Shown piece by piece: positions 56,468 through 64,000 of a stretch of 64,000 nucleotides of DNA. The stretch comes from Rhizomicrobium sp. Lineage in GTDB: Bacteria; Pseudomonadota; Alphaproteobacteria; Micropepsales; Micropepsaceae. Below the pieces are notes generated by a model that saw only the letters and a list, made by a program, of their open reading frames with translations, ran no database searches and was not told where the DNA came from. The stretch is taken from NCBI GenBank assembly GCA_036269195.1, contig DATASO010000016.1, positions 23,112 through 87,111 of the forward strand. Direction: 5' to 3'. Position numbers and translations under genes: made by a program. The number at the start of each line of letters is the position of its first letter. Position 1 is the first letter of the stretch.

Positions 56468-57180
56468 CAGGCGTTTGCTCCAAGTGCTATCGCGCGCGCG
56501 CGGCGCTCGAGTATTTCCGTGCGCATGCGAACCATGAGAAGCGTGAAGAACAGCGATGTGTAGGCGGCTGCCATAACAAACAGGGGCCACAGAAACACGG
56601 CGGAGATCAGCGGGGCGCCTTTGCGGAAAATGCTCTCGCCCTGATGCAGGGTCGTCCACCACTGCACGGAGAATTCGATGATCGGCAGATTCACCACACC
56701 GATCAGTGCCAGAATGGCGGCGGCTTTTGCAGCGCGCACTTCGTTCTCAATCGCATTCCACAGCGCGATATACCCCAGATACAGAAAGAGCAGCAGCAGG
56801 AACGATGTCAGCCGCCCGTCCCACTGCCAATACGTTCCCCACATCGGGCGGCCCCACAACGAACCGGTAATCAGCGCCAACGCCGTGAACAATGCACCGA
56901 GCGGCGCAGCCTGCTTGGCTGCGACATCGGCTAGCGGGTGCCGGTTGACCAATCCGATCAGCGAGGCGAGTGCCACGAAGCCATATCCCATCATCGCCAC
57001 CCATGCGGCAGGCACATGGATGAACATGATGCGGACCGTATCGCCCTGCTGGTAATCCGGCGGCGCAGTGAACGAGAGATAGAGACCGAGAACGAAGAGG
57101 ATCGCGGTTGCCGCTCCCAGCCACGGCAGGACCCGGCCACTCAACTCCATGAAGCGCTTGGGATTGGCGTATGCGAACAT
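56467..57180 (-). CDS. ccmC: heme exporter protein CcmC
   Basis: WWD motif 'WGTYWQWDGRLTS' in a 6-TM protein. Confidence 0.93.
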   Translation of the reverse strand: MFAYANPKRFMELSGRVLPWLGAATAILFVLGLYLSFTAPPDYQQGDTVRIMFIHVPAAWVAMMGYGFVALASLIGLVNRHPLADVAAKQAAPLGALFTALALITGSLWGRPMWGTYWQWDGRLTSFLLLLFLYLGYIALWNAIENEVRAAKAAAILALIGVVNLPIIEFSVQWWTTLHQGESIFRKGAPLISAVFLWPLFVMAAAYTSLFFTLLMVRMRTEILERRARAIALGANA

Positions 57181-57223
57181 GGTCTGGCTCTAGTTCCTGC
57201 GAAAGACGGCAGCAAGCATCGCG

Positions 57224-57889
57224 CTATTCCGAAAGGTTGAGGCGCAGCGCCGCGGCCGCGACGAATGGCGCCAGCAGCACAGCGGCGACCGAAAACGCTG
57301 CGAGAAGCCAGATCGCGCCATTTTCGATGCCATCAAGCCTGGCCAGAACCGCACCCGCACCAAAAATCACCACCGGTGTCAGCAGCGGCAAAACCAGCAG
57401 CGGCAGCAGCAGTCCGCCGCGGCGAATGGATAACGTCAACGCGGCGGCCACGCCGCCAATCGCGCTGACCGCAGGCGTGCCAATCAATAAGGAGGCGACC
57501 AAAGCAACGTACGCGTCCACTGGCAGATTCAGCAGCAGCGCCAGAACGGGAGAGACAATTGTAAGGGGCAGTCCCGTCGTCAGCCAATGGGCGGTGATTT
57601 TCGCGGCTGCGATCCCCTCGAAGGACAATGGACTGAGCGCAAGTAAATCGAGGCTGCCGTCCTCGTAATCCGCCTGAAACAAGCGGTCGAGCGCCAGCAG
57701 GTTCGCCAACACGGCCGCAACCCAGAGCACGCCGCCGGCGATCCGTGCGAGCAATCTGGCTTCGCTGCCGATGCCGAAGGGCACAAGCGTGACCACGGTT
57801 GCAAAGAATGCCAAGGCCAGCATGGCACTGCCGCCAGCCCGTGTTGCAAGGCGCACGTCGCGGGCGAGAAGAGCAGCAAACGCGCTCAT
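57224..57889 (-). CDS. ccmB: heme exporter permease CcmB
   Basis: 221 aa 6-TM protein between ccmA and ccmC, with a 'LDRLFQADYEDGSLDLL' motif. Confidence 0.9.
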   Translation of the reverse strand: MSAFAALLARDVRLATRAGGSAMLALAFFATVVTLVPFGIGSEARLLARIAGGVLWVAAVLANLLALDRLFQADYEDGSLDLLALSPLSFEGIAAAKITAHWLTTGLPLTIVSPVLALLLNLPVDAYVALVASLLIGTPAVSAIGGVAAALTLSIRRGGLLLPLLVLPLLTPVVIFGAGAVLARLDGIENGAIWLLAAFSVAAVLLAPFVAAAALRLNLSE

Positions 57890-58518
57890 GCCAGATGCAG
57901 CCGCGCAGCACCGATATCGAGCGGATCGTGGGTCGCGATCACCGCAATGCCACCTGCCGCAAGATGATCGCGCAGAAATTCGAGCAACAGTGACTTCCCG
58001 CTTGCATCCAGCGAGGCCAGTGGCTCATCCAGCAGCCAAAGCGGCCGGCTGCACAGGATCAGCCGCGCCAATGCGAGCCGCCTCTTCTGCCCAGCCGACA
58101 AATACTGGCAGGGAAAATCGGCGGCACCAGTTAATCCGACAGCTTCGAGCAGAAGAGAAATATCTTTCGCTGCCGTGCGATGGAGCTGCGCAAAAAACTG
58201 AAGCGTTTCGCGTGGGGTCAGCTGCGGCTTTACACCGTCGTGGTGACCGAGCCAGCCGGTGAACGCCCTGTGCTCTTCGCGATCTGCGATTTGCGTTCCT
58301 TCAGTCGAAATGGAGATCGTTCCGGCGGCCGGCACCAATAATCCCGCAAGCAACCGCAACAGCGAGGTTTTGCCCGAACCATTCGGGCCTTCCACGATCA
58401 GCACGTCGCCGCCACACAGCCGAAAACTGACGCTGCGAAATACAGATCGTCCGCCACGGAGGCAGGCGAGATCCGTCACGTCGAGCAAATCAATCTGCGG
58501 CAGATGCGCCCCCATCAC
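57886..58518 (-). CDS. ccmA: heme ABC exporter ATP-binding protein CcmA
   Basis: Walker A 'GPNGSGKTS', signature 'LSAGQKRR' and Walker B 'LWLLDEP'. Confidence 0.9.
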   Translation of the reverse strand: MMGAHLPQIDLLDVTDLACLRGGRSVFRSVSFRLCGGDVLIVEGPNGSGKTSLLRLLAGLLVPAAGTISISTEGTQIADREEHRAFTGWLGHHDGVKPQLTPRETLQFFAQLHRTAAKDISLLLEAVGLTGAADFPCQYLSAGQKRRLALARLILCSRPLWLLDEPLASLDASGKSLLLEFLRDHLAAGGIAVIATHDPLDIGAARLHLA

Positions 58519-58536
58519 CGCCTCTCGACGATCACC

Positions 58537-59259
58537 TCAATACATATGCTGGCCACCGTTGATGGACATGGTCGAGCCGGTGACGAAACCGGCATCGTCC
58601 GCCACGAGAAACAGTACGCCGCGCGCAATCTCGTTCGCCTGGCCCAGACGCCCCACCGGAATGCGCGCTACAATCTTCTCCAGCACGTTGGGCGGCACTG
58701 CCGAAACCATGTCGGTGTCAATGTAACCGGGCGCGATCGCATTCACCGTCACGCCTTTGGCCGCCCCCTCCTGCGCCAAGGCTTTGGTGAAGCCGTGGAT
58801 GCCAGATTTCGCCGCGGCGTAGTTCACCTGGCCGTATTGTCCCGCCTGCCCGTTGATAGAGCCGATGTTCACCACCCGTCCGAAACCGCGGGAGAGCATG
58901 CCCTCCCACACCGCCTTCGCCATGTTGAAGCAGCCGCCGAGGTTCACATCCATCACCTCGTCCCAGCCGGCGCGGCCCATCTTCCGCATGGTGGCATCGC
59001 GGGTGATGCCGGCGTTGTTGACCAGCACATCCACCGGCCCGAGGTCCGCCTCCACCCTGGCAATCCCCGCGGCACACTGGTCGTAATCGGCCACATCCCA
59101 CTTGTAGACGGCGATACCCGTTTTCTCGGCAAAGCCCCGGGCCCGGTCATCATTGCCGGCATAATTCGCGGCAACTTTGTATCCGGCATTCTTGAGGCCC
59201 GTCGAAATCGCCTCGCCGATGCCCCGTGTTCCGCCCGTGACAATTGCAACCCGCGCCAT
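58537..59259 (-). CDS. phbB: acetoacetyl-CoA reductase (SDR)
   Basis: 'VAIVTGGTRGIG', 'NNAGITRD' and 'YAAAKSG' motifs. Overall PhaB-like, 240 aa. Confidence 0.88.
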   Translation of the reverse strand: MARVAIVTGGTRGIGEAISTGLKNAGYKVAANYAGNDDRARGFAEKTGIAVYKWDVADYDQCAAGIARVEADLGPVDVLVNNAGITRDATMRKMGRAGWDEVMDVNLGGCFNMAKAVWEGMLSRGFGRVVNIGSINGQAGQYGQVNYAAAKSGIHGFTKALAQEGAAKGVTVNAIAPGYIDTDMVSAVPPNVLEKIVARIPVGRLGQANEIARGVLFLVADDAGFVTGSTMSINGGQHMY

Positions 59260-59325
59260 GTTTCGCTCCCTGATCGATCTTGCCGACCCTAGCCAAAAGC
59301 GGTGCGCCCCGCCAACTCGGCGAGA

Positions 59326-59898
59326 TTAGTGGTTGCCATTCGGCGTGCCGGAACCGGTTGCATTCGCAGCGTGCAGCAGCAGGTCCATCCGGCAGGGCTT
59401 CGGCAGGAAGAGGCTCCCCCTCACCTGCCGATCCTCAGAGGGCGGATTGCCGGAACAGTAGATCACCAGAATATCGTTCTGCGCCTCGCGGTACTTCTCC
59501 GCGACATCCCAGCCGTTCAGCCGTCCGGGCAAACGGACATCGGTCACCAGCAGGTCGATGCGATGGGTTTGTGCCAGCAAATCTAGCGCGGCTTCGCCCG
59601 TTGCGGCTTCGAGGACGTGCCAGCCGGCATCGGCCAGCGCATCGGTAAGCTCTATTCGCACGAGCCACTCATCTTCGACCACCACCGCGGTCCGACTCGG
59701 AAGTTCGCTCGATGCCAGGGGACAGTACTCCGAATCGCGCAAGTAGCCGGAGGTTAACGCGAATGATTTGCAAAATGTTTCCCGGACTCGACCAAAAGCC
59801 GTTGCAACCCTCCTTTGAATTGTGACAATTCCGCTTTGGGCGGTCGAAGGGCGGAGTACAAAATGGCCGTCAAGAGTCTCGCGTCCGATTCCGGACAA
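59326..59898 (-). CDS. single-domain response regulator (receiver only)
   Basis: REC domain 'AVVVEDEWLV...DLLVTDVRLPG...LPKP'. The ATG at 59898 would overlap the divergent kinase start, so a TTG at 59742 is a plausible true start. Confidence 0.7.
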   Translation of the reverse strand: MSGIGRETLDGHFVLRPSTAQSGIVTIQRRVATAFGRVRETFCKSFALTSGYLRDSEYCPLASSELPSRTAVVVEDEWLVRIELTDALADAGWHVLEAATGEAALDLLAQTHRIDLLVTDVRLPGRLNGWDVAEKYREAQNDILVIYCSGNPPSEDRQVRGSLFLPKPCRMDLLLHAANATGSGTPNGNH

Positions 59899-60056
59899 GG
59901 GGCGGTTTCGACTTCACCCGATGCCGATCTCGGAACTCGGGCGCGCTCGGGCCATGAGCAAGCGCGCGAGGATTTCTTCCGCAGGCTTGTGGAGGCGTTG
60001 CCGTCGGCCATCTACGCGACCGATGCGGAAGAACGCATCACCTTTTACAACGAGCC
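59863..60056 (+). other. detached 5' fragment of the downstream PAS/GAF/HWE histidine kinase gene (frameshift at ~60054)
   Basis: The frame from ATG 59863 reads '[27 protein letters not shown]', the beginning of a PAS domain. The PAS continuation '[30 protein letters not shown]' lies in the frame of the 60144 ORF. Confidence 0.65.
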
Positions 60057-60143
60057 GCCGCGCGGCTCTGGGGCCGGCTGCCCAGACTTGGCGAGGATTG
60101 GTGGTGCGGTTCATGGCGGCTGTTCCACTCCGACGGCAGGCCC

Positions 60144-61868
60144 ATGGCGCACGATGAGTGCCCCATGGCAGAGGCGCTCAAGACCGGAAAGCCGGTGCGC
60201 GACGCTCAGGCCATAGCCGAGCGGCCCGACGGGACCAGATTCCCTTTCATTCCGTTTCCGACTCTGCTTTATGACAGCTCCGGCAAACTAGTGGGCGCAG
60301 TGAACATGCTCGTGGACATCAGCGTGCAGAAACAAGGCAAGCATGTCTTTCGACATTACTCGGCCATCGTCGAATCCTCGAACGACGCGATCATCAGCAA
60401 GGATCTGAACGGGATCATCCAGACGTGGAATCGCGCCGCGGAACGGATGTTCGGCTATGCGGCGGAGGAGATCGTCGGCAAATCAATCCTGACGATCATC
60501 CCGGAGGAGCGCCATCACGAGGAAAACCTGATCCTGGGGAAAATTCGCGCCGGGGAGCGGCTTGAGCACTACGAAACCGTCCGCCAGCACAAGAATGGCA
60601 CCCTGATCGATCTTTCGCTGACCGTCTCGCCGGTAAAGGACGAGAACGGCCAGATTGTGGGCGCTTCCAAGATCGCCCGGGACATCTCCGAGAAAAAACG
60701 CAACGAGCGGCTGCTGGCGCTGCAAAGGCAGCGCCTCGAAATCCTGAACCGCGTCGCAGTGGAGATTTCCCGGGACCTCAATCTCGAGCGGATTGTGCAA
60801 ACCGCCACCGACCTCGCCACTGAGGTTACCGGCGCGGAATTCGGATCGTTTTTCTATAACGTGGAGGACGACAAGGGCGAGTGGTACATGCTTTATGCGC
60901 TCTCCGGCGTGCCGCGCTCCGCGTTTGAAAAGTTCCCGATGCCACGCAATACGGCGGTGTTCGGGCCCACGTTCAAAGGCGAAGGCGTGGTGCGTTCCGA
61001 TGACATCCGCCAGGATCCCCGCTACGGCAAGAATGCTCCTTATTATGGAATGCCTGAGGGCCATTTGCCGGTGGTCAGTTATCTGGCCGTACCGGTGACC
61101 TCATCAGGCGGCGAGGTTCATGGCGGCCTGTTCTTTGGACATAGTCGGCCGGGTGTGTTCACGGAGGATACCGAAGCACTGGTTTCCGCCATTGCCGCAC
61201 AGGCCGCGGTGGCAATGGACAATGCCCACCTGCATCGCGCGGCGCAAACCGAAATCGAGGAGCGCAAGCGGGCGGAAGCGGGCCGCGAGTTGTTGCTTCA
61301 GGAAATCAAGCATCGGGTGAAAAATACGCTGGCCACCGTGCAGGCCATGGCTGCGCAAACCTTCCGCGAGGCGCCGCCAACGGAGCGCAGGGCCTTTGTG
61401 GAGCGGCTACAAGCGCTTGCAGAGGCGCACGATCTTCTCATCCAGAAGAACTGGGTTCCGGCGAATGTGCAGGAAACAATCGAGCGGGCCGTCGCCCCAT
61501 TCCGCGATGGCCGCGAAGAGCGGGTGGCGGCTTCCGGACCGGCCGTCGAGCTGCCGCCGAACAAGGCGCTCCTCGTCGCCATGTTCCTGCACGAGCTAGG
61601 CACGAACGCGGTGAAGTACGGCGCGCTGTCGCAATTTTCCGGCAAGGTGGACCTGTGCTGGCGACAGGAGCGCGGCCCAGATCGGCCGTTGCTCGTCTTG
61701 GAATGGCGCGAAAGCGGCGGTCCACCTGTTGCGCCGCCGGCGCGCCAAGGCTTCGGCACGCGTATGATCGAACGCGCGCTAAAAGGCGAAGGCGGGGCCG
61801 CGCAATTCGATTTCCTGTCCTCCGGTCTCGCCTGCACCATGCGGATCGCACTCGATCCGGCGCAGTAG
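60144..61868 (+). CDS. PAS-PAS-GAF-HWE sensor histidine kinase (as-called ORF begins inside the first PAS domain)
   Basis: The ORF starts with the partial-PAS residues '[18 protein letters not shown]...[11 protein letters not shown]'. A second PAS follows ('[22 protein letters not shown]'). Then come a GAF domain and the HWE/HisKA_2 H-box '[16 protein letters not shown]' with an ATPase domain. Confidence 0.85.
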   Translation: MAHDECPMAEALKTGKPVRDAQAIAERPDGTRFPFIPFPTLLYDSSGKLVGAVNMLVDISVQKQGKHVFRHYSAIVESSNDAIISKDLNGIIQTWNRAAERMFGYAAEEIVGKSILTIIPEERHHEENLILGKIRAGERLEHYETVRQHKNGTLIDLSLTVSPVKDENGQIVGASKIARDISEKKRNERLLALQRQRLEILNRVAVEISRDLNLERIVQTATDLATEVTGAEFGSFFYNVEDDKGEWYMLYALSGVPRSAFEKFPMPRNTAVFGPTFKGEGVVRSDDIRQDPRYGKNAPYYGMPEGHLPVVSYLAVPVTSSGGEVHGGLFFGHSRPGVFTEDTEALVSAIAAQAAVAMDNAHLHRAAQTEIEERKRAEAGRELLLQEIKHRVKNTLATVQAMAAQTFREAPPTERRAFVERLQALAEAHDLLIQKNWVPANVQETIERAVAPFRDGREERVAASGPAVELPPNKALLVAMFLHELGTNAVKYGALSQFSGKVDLCWRQERGPDRPLLVLEWRESGGPPVAPPARQGFGTRMIERALKGEGGAAQFDFLSSGLACTMRIALDPAQ

Positions 61869-62015
61869 GCCTGCCCGTTCACAAACCGATGGGCCGCGCA
61901 ACAGCTTCGCGATCTTGATCGGCAGAAACCCGCAGAAATATCGCAGAAATACTTGACCGTCGCGCCGAGATTGCGCTAACTCGCGTTCGGGATGACCTGC
62001 GTATAGGGGACACAC

Positions 62016-62501
62016 GTGCCGATCACGGAGCTCCATCATGTCAGCGTGCGCGAGCGCGCCGTGGAAATCGGCTGTCCGGTTCCGGAAATCGCCATCATGC
62101 CGGAGAATTTCGCGGTGGCGCGCTCCGTGAGGGAGCTTCGCGTGCGGCGCGATGGGGTAGCGCTGCGCTCAGTGCTGGAGGGGGCCAGTTTCTCGCTGGG
62201 AAGCTTTTGCAGCGATGCCGAGCACGCGACCTTCGGCGAAGAGGATTTCGTTCACTGGGATGCGACGCTCTTCATCTCCGGCAACCTGCTGGCACGGGAG
62301 CCTTATGCAGTAGGGGTGGCGCTCTCCATCATTCGCGGCCATCTCGCAGAATACTTCAATGCACAAGCGGACCGGAGCATTCGCCTCTCACTGGTGGTCG
62401 AATGCAAGCAGGATGGCAGTTGCCGCAAGGTCACCTACGAAGGCGACATTGGAGGGCTCCACGGGCTGGCACAAAGCGCCGTGAAAATCGCCGGCCGATA
62501 G
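62016..62501 (+). CDS. hypothetical protein (161 aa)
   Basis: Coding-like GC3-rich ORF with a GTG start (alternative ATG 62097). No family recognised. Confidence 0.45.
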   Translation: MPITELHHVSVRERAVEIGCPVPEIAIMPENFAVARSVRELRVRRDGVALRSVLEGASFSLGSFCSDAEHATFGEEDFVHWDATLFISGNLLAREPYAVGVALSIIRGHLAEYFNAQADRSIRLSLVVECKQDGSCRKVTYEGDIGGLHGLAQSAVKIAGR

Positions 62502-62663
62502 TCAACGTGTTCCAGTCTGAAGCGCGCATTCCTGCGACAGCGGCGGTGGTGGACCGGACAACCAAAACGGCCTTGGCCGCAAAGCTTGCATGCGGAAATT
62601 GCTCTGCGGCAGAGGACAACACCAGATTAGAACCGGTGTTGCACTTCGAACTGGAGCCCAGGC

Positions 62664-63314
62664 ATGTACACGTTAATTGTCGGCACGAAAGAATGGTCGA
62701 GCTGGAGTTTGCGGCCGTATCTGGCGCTGCGCGCCATCGGCGCGCCATTCCAGGAAGAAGTGATCCAGCTGCGCCGCGGCTCGACGAGCGAAGATGTGCA
62801 ACGGCATTCGCCATCCGGCCGTGTTCCGCTGTTGAAAATTGCCGAGAATGGCCGCGAGCACCTGATCTGGGACAGCCTCGCCATTTGCGAAACGCTGGCC
62901 GAGCGCCACCCGGAGGCGAAACTCTGGCCGGACGATCCGTTCGTTCGCGCCGTGGCGCGCTCTTACGCGGCTGAGATGCATTCCGGCTTTCAAGATCTGC
63001 GCGAGCAATTGTCCATGGAGTTCGTGCGCCGCTTGCCAATCCCCGAGCTGCGTGAAGCGACCAAGGCGCAGATCGCGCGGATCGTCGCCATGTGGACGCA
63101 AGCGCTCGAGTATTATGGCCCGGCCGGCGGCTTCCTGTTCGGCCGGTTTTCCATTGCGGATTGCATGTATGCCCCAGTGGTTTCACGCTTCCGCACCTAC
63201 GGCGTGCCGGTACCGGCTATCGTGCAGGCCTATTGTGATCGCGTGTGGTCGCTCCCGGGTATGCAAGATTGGGCCAAGGCGGCTCAGCAGGAAGTGGATT
63301 CCGGCCTCGTCTGA
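62664..63314 (+). CDS. glutathione S-transferase family protein
   Basis: The N-terminus 'YTLIVGTKEWSSWSLRPYLALRAIGAPF...SPSGRVPLL' is thioredoxin-like, and the C-terminus is a helical GST_C domain. Confidence 0.85.
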   Translation: MYTLIVGTKEWSSWSLRPYLALRAIGAPFQEEVIQLRRGSTSEDVQRHSPSGRVPLLKIAENGREHLIWDSLAICETLAERHPEAKLWPDDPFVRAVARSYAAEMHSGFQDLREQLSMEFVRRLPIPELREATKAQIARIVAMWTQALEYYGPAGGFLFGRFSIADCMYAPVVSRFRTYGVPVPAIVQAYCDRVWSLPGMQDWAKAAQQEVDSGLV

Positions 63315-63377
63315 TCCATTGCACCCGCTGGGCGTAACTGGTTTGATCCGCGCACGGGGAATCGGGGGACTCCACCA

Positions 63378-64000
63378 ATGACCATGGGAGCAGCAGCGCG
63401 GCTGGGAGCACAGCGTCGCGCGCCATTTGCACCCTTTCACAAATGGGACCGCAATTTCTTTCTCATTTATGTGGTGCTGCTCTGGTTCGGCATTCTGGGT
63501 GGATTCGTGCCGGAGATCGTGCAGCATATCGCCCGGCACAAGCCGCCGTTTCCCCTTATCGTGCATGCGCACGGCGTTGTCTTCGTGGGTTGGCTTGCCG
63601 TATTAACGGCGCAGATCCTCCTTATCCGAAGGCGGCGGCCGGATCTTCATCGCAGACTCGGTGTGGCGGCAATGGGGATTGCCGGCCTCATGGTGATCAT
63701 CGGGCCTGCCACCGCCTTTTACATGCAGCGCTATCATTGGGGCACGCCCGAAAGCGATCCACCGTTCCTTGCCATTCAGCTGACGGACATCATCGCGTTC
63801 GCAGGACTAGTGTCTGCCGCCTTCATGCTTCGCAATGAGGCAGCCGCGCACAAACGCCTGGTTCTTCTTGCCACGCTGTACATCAGCGACGCCGGATTCG
63901 CGCGCCTGTTCGGTGGCACCGTGCATGGGTTGGTGGGTAACGGGTTCTGGCCGTTTTTTGCGGAGCTTTATCTTGCCAACGATATCCTGATCGCCGGCGT
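63378..64000 (+). CDS. hypothetical multi-TM membrane protein, 5' part (ORF runs off the right window edge)
   Basis: Hand translation from ATG 63378 gives 'MTMGAAARLGAQRRAPFAPFHKWDRNFFLIYVVLLWFGILGGF...HAHGVVFVGWLAVLTAQ...' with no stop before 64000. It is absent from the ORF track because it is open-ended. Confidence 0.6.
   Translation, partial: MTMGAAARLGAQRRAPFAPFHKWDRNFFLIYVVLLWFGILGGFVPEIVQHIARHKPPFPLIVHAHGVVFVGWLAVLTAQILLIRRRRPDLHRRLGVAAMGIAGLMVIIGPATAFYMQRYHWGTPESDPPFLAIQLTDIIAFAGLVSAAFMLRNEAAAHKRLVLLATLYISDAGFARLFGGTVHGLVGNGFWPFFAELYLANDILIAG

Noticed and set aside
63443-63838. 131-aa plus-strand ORF listed in the track.
   Set aside because: It is an alternative frame of the open-ended membrane-protein gene starting at 63378. 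The product is Arg/Cys/His-rich with no hydrophobic pattern.
1-64000. Scanned for tRNA/rRNA genes, CRISPR repeat arrays, IS elements, transposases, integrases and phage genes.
   Set aside because: I found no T-loop or acceptor-like sequences in the few intergenic gaps longer than 150 bp. I also found no regularly spaced direct repeats and no recombinase-like ORFs. A covariance-model scan (tRNAscan-SE/Infernal) is still needed to exclude small ncRNAs in the 38938-39198, 41358-41542 and 55012-55242 spacers.

Overview
This is a gene-dense, high-GC chromosomal segment with synteny typical of an alphaproteobacterium of the Hyphomicrobiales/Rhizobiales type. All family calls come from reading motifs in the supplied translations, since no searches could be run.

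Most of the window is conserved housekeeping:
- rsmB-htpX, nifU-like, and tsaB-rimI-fur-plsC-miaB-phoH-ybeY-corC-lnt
- gluQ, coq7, yggS, and leuS-lptE-holA
- rpmH-rnpA-yidD-yidC-engB
- rpsP-rimM-trmD-rplS, ffh, and dapF-mtaB-ftsY-yciB
- ccmABCDG and phbB

I saw no rRNA, tRNA, CRISPR array, transposase or integrase.

The non-routine parts are:
1. A roughly 6.5 kb neighbourhood (31.0-37.6 kb) holds an orphan Ku, a small ORF, a single-polypeptide EgtB-EgtD ergothioneine synthase, a PRC-barrel protein, a PfpI/DJ-1 protein and an ExoIII::5'-3'-exonuclease fusion. It carries two exact and one near-exact EcfG-type (GGAAC-N16/17-CGTT) promoter motifs placed just upstream of start codons.
2. A 113-aa, more AT-rich ORF is wedged with ATGA overlaps between rimM and trmD.
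3. An insertion lies between ffh and dapF. It contains a PD-(D/E)xK-like small protein, a small ORF and a frameshifted minimal nucleotidyltransferase.
4. A PAS-PAS-GAF-HWE histidine kinase has its first PAS domain split by a 1-nt frameshift.
5. A DMFase-large-subunit-like protein is divergently paired with a zinc-ribbon methyltransferase.
6. A Rieske domain is fused to an unrecognised domain of about 400 aa.
7. A hairpin-rich repeat element lies between ffh and rpsP.

Many long ORFs in the track are antisense or alternative-frame shadows of real genes and were discarded. Several start codons were moved downstream of the track's longest-ORF start.
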